Assembly (NCBI GenBank): GCA_944393385.1
Contig: CALYAA010000004.1
Coordinates: 9,401 to 73,400 of the forward strand
Reading direction: 5' to 3'
DNA length: 64,000 bases
Source of the DNA: an uncultured Clostridia bacterium
GTDB taxonomy: Bacteria; Bacillota; Clostridia; TANB77; CAG-508
The notes under the pieces were generated by a model. The model ran no database searches, was not told where the DNA came from, and worked only from the letters and a program-made list of their open reading frames with translations. Below, piece by piece: positions 20,476 to 31,077 of the stretch; the stretch's first letter is position 1; the number at the start of each line of letters is the position of its first letter. A program made the translations under genes and the position numbers.

Positions 20476-23067
20476 CTATTTAATGCATAATTCATTATTA
20501 TCACAGTCTACTTTTACAGTTGTGTTAGGTAATATTTCTTGTGATAAAATCTTTCTTGCAATTAAAGTTTCTAGTTTTTTCTGTACAAATCTCTTTAGTG
20601 GTCTTGCACCATAAACTTCATCATAACCATTATCTATTAAATAATCTTTTGCTTTTTGTGATAATTCTAGTTTAATATTTTTATCTTCAAGTCTGTTTTC
20701 TATATCTTTAATTAAAAGTTCTAGAATTTTTGAAATTTCAGTTTTTCTTAGAGGTTTATAGAATACAATTTCATCTAATCTGTTTAAAAATTCTGGTCTG
20801 AAACTTCTCTTTAATAATTCATTTACTTTTTGTTTTGCTTCTTCTGAAATTTCTCCATTTTCTTGAATTCCTTCTAAAATATAGTCTGAGCCTAAATTTG
20901 AAGTTAATATTATAATTGTGTTTTTAAAGTCTACAGTTCTTCCTTGAGAATCTGTTATACGTCCATCATCTAGTACTTGTAATAGAATATTGAATACATC
21001 TGGATGTGCTTTTTCAATTTCATCAAATAGTACAACTGAATATGGTTTTCTTCTAACAGCTTCTGTTAATTGTCCACCTTCTTCATATCCAACATATCCT
21101 GGAGGTGCTCCTATTAATCTTGACACTGAATATTTTTCCATGTATTCAGACATATCTATTCTTATTATATTATGTTCATCATCAAATAAACTTTCCGCTA
21201 AAGATTTTGCAAGTTCTGTTTTACCAACACCAGTAGGTCCTAAGAACATGAATGAGCCAATTGGTCTACGTGGATCACTTATTCCTGCTCTTGAACGCAT
21301 TATTGCTTCAGATACTTTTTCAACAGCTTCATCTTGACCTATTACTCTTTTATGAAGAACTTTATCTAGGTTAAGTATTTTTTCTCTTTCTCCTTCCATT
21401 AGTTTTGCTACTGGAATTCCTGTCCATTTTGAAATTATTTTTGTAATTTCTTCTTCTGTTACTTTATGTCTTAATAATCCATCTTCTTTACTTTTTTCTG
21501 CAATTTCTTCTTCTTTTAGTAATTGTTTTTGTAAATCTGGAATTCTACCATATTTTAATTCTGCAACTTTGTTTAAGTCATAATTTCTTTCTGCTTGTTC
21601 CATTTGTGCATTTGCTTGTTCAATTTCTTCACGTAGTTTTTGAACTTTTCCAATAGATGCCTTTTCATTTTCCCATTTTGCTTTCATTGCATCAAATTTG
21701 GTTTTTAGTTCTGCTTTTTCTTTTTGAATATCTGCTAAACGTTGTTTAGAAATTTCATCTTTTTCTTTGCTTAATGCTGTTTCTTCTATTTCTAGTTGCA
21801 TAATTTTTCTAGATACTTCATCTAGTTCTGTAGGCATAGATTCAAGTTCTGTTTTTATCATAGCACATGCTTCATCAATTAAATCTATTGCTTTATCTGG
21901 TAAAAATCTGTCTGAAATATATCTATGTGATAATGTAGCTGCTGCAATTAGTGCATTATCTGATATTTTTACACCATGGTATACTTCATATCTTTCTTTT
22001 AGCCCTCTTAATATTGAAATAGTATCTTCTACTGATGGTTCGTCTACCATTACTGGTTGAAAACGTCTTTCAAGTGCTTGGTCTTTTTCTATATATTGTC
22101 TATATTCATTTAGTGTTGTTGCTCCTATACAGTGTAATTCTCCTCTTGCTAACATTGGTTTTAGTAAGTTACCTGCATCCATTGCACCATCTGTTTTTCC
22201 CGCTCCAACAATTGTATGAATTTCGTCTATAAATAATATTATTTTTCCTTCACTCTTTTTTACTTCTTGTAAAACAGCTTTTAATCTTTCCTCAAATTCT
22301 CCTCTATATTTTGCTCCAGCAACTAAAGAACCCATATCTAGTGAGAAAATTGTGCAATCTTTTAGCCCTTCTGGAACATCTCCTCTTACAATTCTTAATG
22401 CTAATCCTTCTGCAATTGCTGTTTTACCTACACCTGGTTCTCCTATTAAACATGGATTATTTTTTGTTTTTCTTGAAAGTATTCTTATAACATTTCTAAT
22501 TTCAGAATCTCTTCCTATTACTGGATCTAGTTTTTGTTCTCTTGCGAGTCCTGTTAAATCTTGACCATATTTTTTTAATACATCATATGTGTCTTCAGGA
22601 TTATCATTTGTGATTCTGACATTTCCTCTTACATCTACTAATGCTTTTAAGAATTCATTTTTGTTAATACCATATTTTTTTAACAAGTTTTTAATATTAC
22701 TGTTGGCATTGTCAAAAATTGCAAGCATTATATGTTCAACAGAAACATATTCGTCTTTCATTTTCTTTGCTGTTGTTTCTGCATCTGCCAAAACTTTATT
22801 TACATCTTGAGAAACATATATACTATCACTTTGTATAGCTCCTCCTGTCATTTTTGGCATTTTATCTATATATGTTTTTAATTCGTTTTCAAATCCTTCA
22901 ATTGTACTTATTTTCTTTAGTAATTCTTTAATTAGGCTATTGTCTTGGACTAATAATGCATATACTAAGTGTTCTTCTTCTACTTGTGCATTTTGGTTTT
23001 CTGTTGCTAGTGTTTGTGCATTTTGTATAGTTTCTAATGATTTTTGTGTGAATTTTTGTATATTCAT
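20476..23067 (-). CDS. clpB: Chaperone ClpB
   Basis: Two AAA+ modules, long coiled-coil middle domain, [16 protein letters not shown]. Confidence 0.97.
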   Translation of the reverse strand: MNIQKFTQKSLETIQNAQTLATENQNAQVEEEHLVYALLVQDNSLIKELLKKISTIEGFENELKTYIDKMPKMTGGAIQSDSIYVSQDVNKVLADAETTAKKMKDEYVSVEHIMLAIFDNANSNIKNLLKKYGINKNEFLKALVDVRGNVRITNDNPEDTYDVLKKYGQDLTGLAREQKLDPVIGRDSEIRNVIRILSRKTKNNPCLIGEPGVGKTAIAEGLALRIVRGDVPEGLKDCTIFSLDMGSLVAGAKYRGEFEERLKAVLQEVKKSEGKIILFIDEIHTIVGAGKTDGAMDAGNLLKPMLARGELHCIGATTLNEYRQYIEKDQALERRFQPVMVDEPSVEDTISILRGLKERYEVYHGVKISDNALIAAATLSHRYISDRFLPDKAIDLIDEACAMIKTELESMPTELDEVSRKIMQLEIEETALSKEKDEISKQRLADIQKEKAELKTKFDAMKAKWENEKASIGKVQKLREEIEQANAQMEQAERNYDLNKVAELKYGRIPDLQKQLLKEEEIAEKSKEDGLLRHKVTEEEITKIISKWTGIPVAKLMEGEREKILNLDKVLHKRVIGQDEAVEKVSEAIMRSRAGISDPRRPIGSFMFLGPTGVGKTELAKSLAESLFDDEHNIIRIDMSEYMEKYSVSRLIGAPPGYVGYEEGGQLTEAVRRKPYSVVLFDEIEKAHPDVFNILLQVLDDGRITDSQGRTVDFKNTIIILTSNLGSDYILEGIQENGEISEEAKQKVNELLKRSFRPEFLNRLDEIVFYKPLRKTEISKILELLIKDIENRLEDKNIKLELSQKAKDYLIDNGYDEVYGARPLKRFVQKKLETLIARKILSQEILPNTTVKVDCDNNELCIK

Positions 23068-23110
23068 AAATATTACCTCCTATCTATGATATATTTTTTC
23101 TACAACGTAT

Positions 23111-23153
23111 ATTATATCATCATATTTTAGCAGTGTCAATAGCAGAGTGCTAA
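23111..23153 (-). promoter_or_regulatory. clpB sigmaA promoter overlapped by a CIRCE (HrcA) operator
   Basis: Minus strand TTAGCACTC-N9-CACTGCTAA (23127-23153) overlaps TTGACA-17-TATAAT (23139..23111). Confidence 0.9.
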
Positions 23154-23376
23154 TTTTATAATAATTTTTTGAATTTCTATATTGATAGTTTATATATATT
23201 TTAATTCTCAAATCGATTTTTACTCTTCACTACTACTTAAAACGCAGTTATATTGCTATTTTGAGCAAAATATGTTATAATATATGTATACCGTAGTTTT
23301 TTGAAACTCAAATCCAATTGTTAGGAGTTTCAAAAAAGAGAGCAAACATTTTTTGACAACAAGGAGGAACACAACT

Positions 23377-23739
23377 ATGGAAAACACGATGAAGAAGGCT
23401 TTGGGTACTGCATGGAATCTGTGGAACAGAAAAGGGGTTCCGTTCATTCGGAACTATATTTATCCGACCATTGATGCACTTTTTGAGTCGTTGATCCACG
23501 CCTTCAAAATCAGCTGGGTCAGCATTCTGTGCCTATTCTGCCTGTACTATTTGAGCAGAAACGGCTATCTTGATGAGGTTCCGGCCATTAAGTGGCTGGT
23601 TGAGTCTGCTGTTAGGCTCATTGACTGGGTTTTTGGTGTGATAAAGGATTTCCTTGGTTTTTCTGTCAATACTCCTGCATCTCCCTTCAGCATCTTTAAG
23701 CCCATTCAAGATTGGTTGAAGTACATCTTCGCCATCTAA
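23377..23739 (+). CDS. Hypothetical membrane protein of unusually high GC
   Basis: AAGGAGG RBS 23361, ATG 23377, hydrophobic and Trp-rich 120 aa, own GC-rich terminator. Confidence 0.7.
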   Translation: MENTMKKALGTAWNLWNRKGVPFIRNYIYPTIDALFESLIHAFKISWVSILCLFCLYYLSRNGYLDEVPAIKWLVESAVRLIDWVFGVIKDFLGFSVNTPASPFSIFKPIQDWLKYIFAI

Positions 23740-23749
23740 ATCGCTCTCT

Positions 23750-23786
23750 GCCGTGTCTGGTACTTGTACCGGGCACGGCCTTTTTA
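23750..23786 (+). terminator. GC-rich intrinsic terminator
   Basis: GCCGTGTCTGGTAC-tt-GTACCGGGCACGGC followed by CTTTTT. Confidence 0.85.
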
Positions 23787-23806
23787 TATTGCATTAATTA
23801 TAAATT

Positions 23807-23849
23807 AAAAACCTCTGTAAAAGCTGATATTTCAACTTTTGCAGAGGTT
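23807..23849 (-). terminator. Terminator downstream of tRNA-Arg
   Basis: AAACCTCTGTAAAAG...CTTTTGCAGAGGTTT hairpin. Confidence 0.7.
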
Positions 23850-23856
23850 TATGATT

Positions 23857-23933
23857 TGGTGAGCCAGAAGGGATTCGAACCCCCGACCCTTTGCTTAGAA
23901 GGCAAATGCTCTATCCAGCTGAGCTACTGACTC
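23857..23933 (-). tRNA. tRNA-Arg(UCU)
   Basis: GAGTCAG/CTGGCTC acceptor stem, AGCTCAGCTGGATAGAGC D arm, anticodon loop CTTCTAA, GGTTCGAATCC T arm, encoded CCA; 77 nt. Confidence 0.97.
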
Positions 23934-24090
23934 ATGTGACTTAACACTTAAATATAATAACACATTTTTAGTATTAAGTCAATATTTTCATAAAAATTTT
24001 TACATTTTTATTATTTTTTTATATATTCTTTTTAGCAATAAAATATTATAGTAAAAATATTAACATTTTCATTAACTTTATAATGTATTT

Positions 24091-24966
24091 TTAAATATTT
24101 TCAACAAGTTCCTTTTCATTTTCTTCTTCATTTTCTATGTAATTTTTTTCAAGTAATTCTGGTTTCTTTAAGTACTTTGTTAATTGTTTAAATGATGAAG
24201 CATAATAGTGTCCATCACATATTCTTTCATCACCAACAAAAGCTATTGTTATACATTTTTCTTCTTTTATTTCGTCTTCATCATATATGTAACTTTTCTT
24301 TTTCTTTCCCATTGAGAAAAATAAGCTTGTTGTTCCAAAATTATATATATGATGATATATACTATCAATTCCAAGTGAGCCTACATTTGTTAAAAATACA
24401 CTTGTATGGAATGGACTTGCATTAATAATAGCCTTTGGCATAATTCCATGTTTATCTAAAAATCTTAAAATTTTTATTGACCAAAGTATAAAAGAATTAG
24501 GTATTAGATTAAGAATCTTTACGACTTTATCAGTTTTATTAATTGTTTCTTTGTCTTTATTTTTTTCGATTGTTGAGTCCAATTTTTCTTTTATTTCAAA
24601 AATATTTTCTGTCCCATTAAATGGAATCTTTATAACTGTTTCTTGTCCATCATCAGTTAAACTCTTTTTTATTGATAGTGAAACAAAAATTTCATTTCTT
24701 TGGTAAGTTGTACCATTCATTACAAATCTATTCAGTTTTGGTCTTTCTTTTATAATCCTTACTAATCCTGCATATATGATATTCATATATGACATTCTTA
24801 TTCCCTCTTCAGCCTTTTTACTTATATATTCATCTATTGATTTTAATGGAATATCTTGTTTAAAATATACTTGTGCATCATTTCTTTCTAACATAATACT
24901 TGGTATTATTCTAAAAAGTGGTTCTAAGTTTTTTACTTTTTTTCCATCTGATCTGTGTCCAAACAT
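24091..24966 (-). CDS. Stand-alone 2-oxoacid dehydrogenase E2/CAT-like acyltransferase-fold protein
   Basis: PKLNRFV, SVFLTNVGSLG, DERICDGHY (compare DHRxxDG); no lipoyl domain. Confidence 0.78.
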   Translation of the reverse strand: MFGHRSDGKKVKNLEPLFRIIPSIMLERNDAQVYFKQDIPLKSIDEYISKKAEEGIRMSYMNIIYAGLVRIIKERPKLNRFVMNGTTYQRNEIFVSLSIKKSLTDDGQETVIKIPFNGTENIFEIKEKLDSTIEKNKDKETINKTDKVVKILNLIPNSFILWSIKILRFLDKHGIMPKAIINASPFHTSVFLTNVGSLGIDSIYHHIYNFGTTSLFFSMGKKKKSYIYDEDEIKEEKCITIAFVGDERICDGHYYASSFKQLTKYLKKPELLEKNYIENEEENEKELVENI

Positions 24967-24987
24967 TTTCTTCCCTCTTTTTTCTTT

Positions 24988-25929
24988 TTACATGCCTAAA
25001 ATTTTTGCTTCTACATTGTACATTTTGTATTTATTAGTTGCTTCATCTAATCTAAATTCAATTAATGTATTTTCTAATGTTTCATTATTTTGTCTTAAAT
25101 CTGTTGTAAAATATAGTCTTATTTGTGGAATTTCTAATTTATTTTTTACTATTTCTTTAAATGTTTCAGCAGTGTGTCTATCATCCTCACAAACAAGTAT
25201 TAATTGTGGCACCATTGAAAATCCAGAATCTCCTGGCACAAAGTTTTCATAAAATTCTTTGTACATCATCATTTTATCAACTAATTTTTTTTGCCAATCT
25301 GCTTCTCTTCTAATAACTTCAAATACAAAATCTATTGCTTTATTATTTTTCTTTAATCTTATTGCTCCACCTGTTGCTTTAAATGTTTTTCCTGATATTT
25401 TAGCTTGAAGTGTAGGTTTTACAGTATAGCTATCAAATGCATGTACTTTTCTCATATATGCAATTATCGTTTGATTTCCCGCTAATCTTTTTTTGATCAT
25501 AGGAACTGGTTTTACATTGTCTGTTTGTTGCCATTTACATTCAATTTCTTTTGATGTTAATAAATATTTTCCCATTTTTTCAAGACAATATATTCTATAT
25601 ATTCCTTTTCCCTCTTCTGATGTAAAATAATATCTTGTTAAAATTTTTGATTTAACAAGTTGGTCTAATTTATTATTTAGTTTATCTTGTGTCTGTGGAT
25701 TTATTCCTTTATATTCAAGCATTTGATAAATTTGTCTTGAAGTAATAAATTCAAATTCATTTACTATTTCTAATATTGCAAAATGTATATCTGTTATATG
25801 TCCTATGTTTATTTTATGTACAATTTGATTCATTGATACATATCCATCTTTTCCATCAAATGTTTTTATTTCTCCTTCTCTTATTGCAAATGGTGATACT
25901 TTTGCTTTGATTTGATTATCTTCGACCAT
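24988..25929 (-). CDS. Replication-relaxation (Replic_Relax)-like wHTH plus nuclease-fold protein
   Basis: ITDIHFAILEIVNEFEFITSRQI...YCLEKMGKYLL wHTH; FVFEVIRRE...KMMMYKEFY...PQLILVCED. Confidence 0.6.
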   Translation of the reverse strand: MVEDNQIKAKVSPFAIREGEIKTFDGKDGYVSMNQIVHKINIGHITDIHFAILEIVNEFEFITSRQIYQMLEYKGINPQTQDKLNNKLDQLVKSKILTRYYFTSEEGKGIYRIYCLEKMGKYLLTSKEIECKWQQTDNVKPVPMIKKRLAGNQTIIAYMRKVHAFDSYTVKPTLQAKISGKTFKATGGAIRLKKNNKAIDFVFEVIRREADWQKKLVDKMMMYKEFYENFVPGDSGFSMVPQLILVCEDDRHTAETFKEIVKNKLEIPQIRLYFTTDLRQNNETLENTLIEFRLDEATNKYKMYNVEAKILGM

Positions 25930-26003
25930 TTTTATTCCTCCTTTTATTAAGATATAATTTTATCTTAATTATATATACTAACATAATTATTATACAGCTT
26001 TTT

Positions 26004-26726
26004 CTAATTTTTTTCAACTGTTAATTGTTTTACTTCACTTTCTTTTAAATATCTCCATTGTCCTATTTTTAAATCTTTTACATCTATATTTCCTATTTTA
26101 CTTCTATGTAGTGCTATTACTTTTTTTCCTATAGATTCACACATTTTTCTGATTTGTCTATTTTTACCTTCATGAATTGTTATTTCTAATCTTGAAATAT
26201 CTTTTTCTTCATCTGTTTTTAATATTTTGACTTTAGCAGGTTTTGTTATATAATCTTCTATTATTACTCCTTTTCTGAGTTGTTCAACTTCTGTTTTATT
26301 TACTATTCCTTTTAGTGTAACTGTGTAAGTTTTTGTTATTTCGTGTTTTGGATGTGTTACTTTATATACAAAATCTCCATCATTTGTTAATATTAATGCT
26401 CCAGATGTATACATATCTAACCTTCCAACTGGAACAATCCTTTCTTTTACTTTTACTAAATCTAGTACTTTATCTCTTCCAAATTGTTCTTCTGCAGTTG
26501 TTACATATCCTATTGGTTTATTTAATAAAATATATATTTTTTTATTTTGTTTTTTTACTTCTTTTCCTTCAAATGTTACTTTGTCTTTTTGAGGATTAAT
26601 TTTTATTCCTAGTTCTGTTACTATATTATTGTTAATTTCTACTTTTCCTTGTAAGATATATTCTTCACATTTTCTTCTTGATGCTATACCACATTCTGCT
26701 AAATATTTTTGAAGTCTTTCTTCCAT
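26004..26726 (-). CDS. rluB: rRNA pseudouridine synthase (RluB/RsuA family)
   Basis: ERLQKYLAECGIASRR S4 domain, VGRLDMYTSG, EGKNRQIRKM. Confidence 0.88.
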   Translation of the reverse strand: MEERLQKYLAECGIASRRKCEEYILQGKVEINNNIVTELGIKINPQKDKVTFEGKEVKKQNKKIYILLNKPIGYVTTAEEQFGRDKVLDLVKVKERIVPVGRLDMYTSGALILTNDGDFVYKVTHPKHEITKTYTVTLKGIVNKTEVEQLRKGVIIEDYITKPAKVKILKTDEEKDISRLEITIHEGKNRQIRKMCESIGKKVIALHRSKIGNIDVKDLKIGQWRYLKESEVKQLTVEKN

Positions 26727-26928
26727 ATTATATGGTTATCCTTTCCTTTTCTACTATATAAATATAATTACATTAATAAATAATTTTCTAGTTCAATTTT
26801 TTATTTACTTTTTATAGCAAGTCTTTTTTTTTTGTACTATTTTTGCGTTTTTTGCATATTATATATTAATTCCTTTTACTTTTCTAAAAGGCTTTATATA
26901 GATTTCTCCGGCAAGATTCTCTTGCCGG

Positions 26929-27849
26929 TTAATTATTATCTAATTTATCTAATATTTCTTGAAAATATTGTGGTAATGGTGCTTCTAAGTGCATATCTTT
27001 TTTAGTTATAGGATGTTTAAAATCTAGTGCTTTTGCATGTAAGCATTGTCCAATTACGCCAAATTCATTTTTTCCGTTTGAATATGTATAGTCTCCAATA
27101 ACAGGAAAACCTATATATGATAAATGTACACGTATTTGATGTGTTCTTCCTGTTTCTATATTAATTTCTAATAGAGTGTATTTTTCATATTTTTTTAGAA
27201 CCTTAATATGTGTTATTGCCTCTTTTCCATTTTTTACAACTGCCATCTTTTTTCTGTCTGTATTACTTCTTCCTATTGGCATATTTATTGTTGCTTCATT
27301 TTCTTTAAAAACTCCCCTAACTAACGCAATATATGTTTTTTTTACTTCATGGTTTTTAATTTGTTCACTCATTTTTACATGTGCATTATCATTTTTGGCA
27401 ACAATAAGTAATCCAGATGTATCTTTGTCTAATCTATGTACAATACCTGGTCTAATTTCTCCTCCTATTCCTGATAAGCTATCCTTACATTTTGCTAAAA
27501 TTGCATTTACTAAAGTTCCTTCTAAATTTCCATTTGCAGGATGTACTACCATACCTTTTGGTTTGTTTACAACTATTATATCACTATCTTCATAAATAAC
27601 GTCTATTGGAATGTCCTGTGCTTTTAATTCTATTGGTTTTGGTTCTGGAATTTTAATAGTTATTTTATCATTTTCTTGAACTTTATATGATACTTTTTGT
27701 TTTTTTCCATTTACTAAAATATTCTCTTCTTCAATTAATCTTTGTGCAGATGTCCTAGTTATACTTTTATTTATTTGTGCTATATATGTATCTAAACGCT
27801 TTCCTTTTTCTTCTTTTGGTACAATATATTCTTCCAATTTATAAATCAT
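26929..27849 (-). CDS. rluD: RluA/RluD family pseudouridine synthase
   Basis: NKPKGMVVHP, HRLDKDTSG, TGRTHQIRVH. Confidence 0.9.
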   Translation of the reverse strand: MIYKLEEYIVPKEEKGKRLDTYIAQINKSITRTSAQRLIEEENILVNGKKQKVSYKVQENDKITIKIPEPKPIELKAQDIPIDVIYEDSDIIVVNKPKGMVVHPANGNLEGTLVNAILAKCKDSLSGIGGEIRPGIVHRLDKDTSGLLIVAKNDNAHVKMSEQIKNHEVKKTYIALVRGVFKENEATINMPIGRSNTDRKKMAVVKNGKEAITHIKVLKKYEKYTLLEINIETGRTHQIRVHLSYIGFPVIGDYTYSNGKNEFGVIGQCLHAKALDFKHPITKKDMHLEAPLPQYFQEILDKLDNN

Positions 27850-27947
27850 TTCCTTTCTAATTCAAAAAATATATGCTTTTGTATTACAGAATAAATTTTT
27901 ATTAAATTGCTTGATTTAAATTATATAATTTTACATGTTGCTATAGT

Positions 27948-28454
27948 CTATTTTTCATCTTTATTTAAAAACTTCATTTCAACATATAATTTGTCAGCTA
28001 CTGCTTGAACAACATTCTTTAATAAATATTGTTCTTCTGTCATTTTATCAATATGTGGAAATTCTTTACGAATAAATACATTTTTTATAGATACCTCTAA
28101 ATTAGCACAAAATCTATTATATGCTTTACTTAATTCAAAATATGCAATCGTTTCTGATATTAATTTTCCAATATCTCCTATACTATATACTTGTTTTAAA
28201 ATACATATTACCATTAAATACGCAATATGTGATTTATTATACTTCTTTTTTTCTGGAGCAGGCATAATGCCTTGTTTTACATAATTATTAATCATTGTTT
28301 TAGTAATTATCTTTTCTTCTCCATTGACATTTAATATTCCTAGATATTTTTCTAAATAATTTACTACTTGATCTAAATACAAATCAATTTCAGGTAATTC
28401 ATTCCACCTTGGCAAATGATGTTTTATAACTTTTTCTATTTTTTCTTCTTGCAT
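27948..28454 (-). CDS. DUF1836 domain protein (MerR-like HTH)
   Basis: LPRWNELPEIDLYLDQV, ITKTMINNYVK, KKKY. Confidence 0.88.
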   Translation of the reverse strand: MQEEKIEKVIKHHLPRWNELPEIDLYLDQVVNYLEKYLGILNVNGEEKIITKTMINNYVKQGIMPAPEKKKYNKSHIAYLMVICILKQVYSIGDIGKLISETIAYFELSKAYNRFCANLEVSIKNVFIRKEFPHIDKMTEEQYLLKNVVQAVADKLYVEMKFLNKDEK

Positions 28455-28500
28455 TTTTATTCACATTCCCTCCTTATAAATGCAGTCTTTTGTAAACTAC

Positions 28501-29253
28501 TTATTTTATTTTTCTCCTTTGCATTTTATAAGAAACTTTAGAAACTAAATTTGTCGGTGCCATTTTTGCTCCAATTTTTGCAATTTTTATATTCCATCCT
28601 GGTATAATATAAAATTTACCTTTCAAAAATTTTTTTATCGCATATTTAGCAACATATTCACTACTTAAGCCTTTTAAAGCAAATTCTACGTCTGCAACTT
28701 TATTAAAGTTTGTATTAACTGGTCCTGGGCATAAAATACTAATTTGTACTTTTGATTTTTGTTTTTTTAATTCTGTTCTAATTGATTCTGATAATCTTAC
28801 AACATATGATTTTGTTGAATAATATGTCGCCATAAGTGGTCCAGGCATAAATCCTGCAATTGATGCAACATTTAAAATTTTTCCGCTATTTCTTTTTATC
28901 ATTTCATTAAGATATAATTTTGTCAAAATATGATAAGCTATTACATTAGTTTTTATCATCTGTAAATCCTTATCTAAGCTTGTATTTTCAAAATATCCAC
29001 AGTCTCCAAATCCAGCATTATTAACTAGTATATCAATATTTTTATAGTCTTGAAATAATTTTTTACAATTTTCTTCTTTTGATATATCCATTATAACAAT
29101 TTCTGCTTTTGTTTGAACTTGTTTTTTTACTTCTTCTAATTTTTCTACATTTCTTGCAACTAAAATTAAATCATATCCTTTTTGACTTAAAACTTTTGCA
29201 ATATCTCTCCCTATTCCAGAAGAAGCTCCTGTTATTAATGCTTTCAAACGCAC
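28501..29253 (-). CDS. SDR family oxidoreductase
   Basis: TGASSGIG, NNAGFG, S...YYSTK. Confidence 0.93.
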   Translation of the reverse strand: MRLKALITGASSGIGRDIAKVLSQKGYDLILVARNVEKLEEVKKQVQTKAEIVIMDISKEENCKKLFQDYKNIDILVNNAGFGDCGYFENTSLDKDLQMIKTNVIAYHILTKLYLNEMIKRNSGKILNVASIAGFMPGPLMATYYSTKSYVVRLSESIRTELKKQKSKVQISILCPGPVNTNFNKVADVEFALKGLSSEYVAKYAIKKFLKGKFYIIPGWNIKIAKIGAKMAPTNLVSKVSYKMQRRKIK

Positions 29254-29310
29254 TACTCCCTTTCTTAAACTTTTAATCCTAGAGAATTAAATATTTTTAA
29301 TCAACCTTTA

Positions 29311-29904
29311 TTAAAAACCTTTTGTAAATGTATCTTTAAATATATTTACAATCAAGTTTACAACTGTGTTCTCATTATATAAATTAACAAAAAATTGTCT
29401 TGTAGTCGGTATAATTGCTAGTATACATGAAACAATAATTAAGGCCAAAACAGCAATAACTATTTTTTGTATAGTTTTTTTTGATAATTTAATTTTCTTT
29501 TTTGGCGTTGTTTTAACTGGTGTATCTGATTTTCTAGTTATTCCATTATATAAATTTCTAATAAAATTTGCAGTACTACCTAAATCTTCTTCATTTGTAT
29601 TATTGTTATTATATTGATTAGAAATTTTTTTTAAATTATTTTTTAACTGTATATTTTCTTGTTTTATTTTGTTATATTCTTCAATAGATATACTTTTACT
29701 TTGCAGATGATTATCATATTCTTTTCTCTTAAAATCATTTGATAATATCTCATATGCCTCATTAATTTTCATCATTCTTTCTTGACTGTATGTTGAAGAT
29801 CTTAAATCTGGATGATATTTTTTAGCTAGTGTTCTATATGCTTTTTCTATAACTTCTTTTGAAGCATTTTTATCCACTTCTAATATTTCATAATAATTTT
29901 TCAT
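29311..29904 (-). CDS. J-domain protein with C-terminal TM
   Basis: NYYEILEV...KKYHPD...INEAYEILS. Confidence 0.9.
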   Translation of the reverse strand: MKNYYEILEVDKNASKEVIEKAYRTLAKKYHPDLRSSTYSQERMMKINEAYEILSNDFKRKEYDNHLQSKSISIEEYNKIKQENIQLKNNLKKISNQYNNNNTNEEDLGSTANFIRNLYNGITRKSDTPVKTTPKKKIKLSKKTIQKIVIAVLALIIVSCILAIIPTTRQFFVNLYNENTVVNLIVNIFKDTFTKGF

Positions 29905-30027
29905 ATTTTTTCTTATGTTAGTTTTTATCCAACATCTCCTCCATCTTGTTATATTCTACATTAAAACAGCAAATTTAGCAAGTATTTACTTGTTATTTTC
30001 TACATTTTCTGTTATATTATAATTATT

Positions 30028-30957
30028 ATGGAAGAAAAATATAAACATTTAAACAATTATTTAAAAGAAAAATTTGGTGAAAGAACTTTAAAAATTTGTA
30101 TTGATGGAAATTTTACTTGTCCTAACCGTAATGGAAAACTAGGTATTGGAGGTTGTATTTTTTGTAGTGAAAAAGGTTCAGGAGAACATATCAAATCATT
30201 AGAAAACACTTCTAAAAATTATACTTTTATTACAGATCAAGTTGTAAATTATTTTAATAGTTACAAAAGTAAAAGAGCAAATAAGTTTATTGTATATTTT
30301 CAAAATTTCACAAATACTTATGCTACTATAGATATTCTAAAAACAAAATATGATTTTGCATTAATTGATAGCAGAATTGTTGCTTTAGCTATTTCTACTA
30401 GACCTGATTGCATAAATGAAGATGTGTGCAAATTATTAAAATCCTATACAGATAAATATTATGTATGGGTTGAGCTTGGATTGCAAACATCTAATGACAA
30501 AACATCAAAGTTACTTAATAAATGCTGTTATTCAAAAGATTTTACTAATGCTGTTAAATTACTTAATAAATATAATATTGATATTGTAACACATATTATG
30601 GTTGGGCTTCCAAATGAGGATTTTAAGGACATACAAAATACTGTTGATTTTATTAATCAACATTCAATTCAAGGTTTAAAAATTCATTCTACATATGTTG
30701 TTAAAAATACTAAATTAGCAGATATGTATTATAATGGTATTTACACTCCCTTGACTCTTGAAGAATATTTGAATTCTGCTTGTTATATTTTAACACATAT
30801 CAGTCCAGACATAATAATACATAAAGTTTCTGGTGATGCACCAAAAGATTTACTTATTGCTCCTGAGTGGAATTCTCATAAAAAATGGATTCTAAATGGA
30901 TTAGATAAAAAATTAAAGGAAGAAAATTTGTGGCAAGGAAAATATTATAATTTATAA
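30028..30957 (+). CDS. TIGR01212 (YhcC/YtqA-like) radical SAM protein
   Basis: FTCPNRNG...GGCIFC, YFQNFTNTY, STRPDC, VELGLQT. Confidence 0.92.
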   Translation: MEEKYKHLNNYLKEKFGERTLKICIDGNFTCPNRNGKLGIGGCIFCSEKGSGEHIKSLENTSKNYTFITDQVVNYFNSYKSKRANKFIVYFQNFTNTYATIDILKTKYDFALIDSRIVALAISTRPDCINEDVCKLLKSYTDKYYVWVELGLQTSNDKTSKLLNKCCYSKDFTNAVKLLNKYNIDIVTHIMVGLPNEDFKDIQNTVDFINQHSIQGLKIHSTYVVKNTKLADMYYNGIYTPLTLEEYLNSACYILTHISPDIIIHKVSGDAPKDLLIAPEWNSHKKWILNGLDKKLKEENLWQGKYYNL

Positions 30958-31006
30958 CAAATAATCATTTATTTAAAGTGAAATACACTAATTCTTTCAA
31001 CAATTA

Positions 31007-31048
31007 TTGCCAGTCTTTTTAATATTTTGATTATAAAAGACTGGCAAT
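31007..31048. terminator. Bidirectional terminator
   Basis: ATTGCCAGTCTTTT...AAAAGACTGGCAAT between convergent genes. Confidence 0.75.
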
Positions 31049-31077
31049 TTGTTTTTATATAATAGGAAAGTTATACT

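Noticed and set aside
23256-23499. Two 63-aa minus-strand ORFs
   Set aside because: They overlap the better-supported + strand gene and its promoter
23712-23930. 72-aa ORF from the track
   Set aside because: It is the antisense of tRNA-Arg plus terminators
23790-23933. Integrated element at the tRNA 3' end
   Set aside because: No integrase and no duplicated tRNA 3' end noticed in the window
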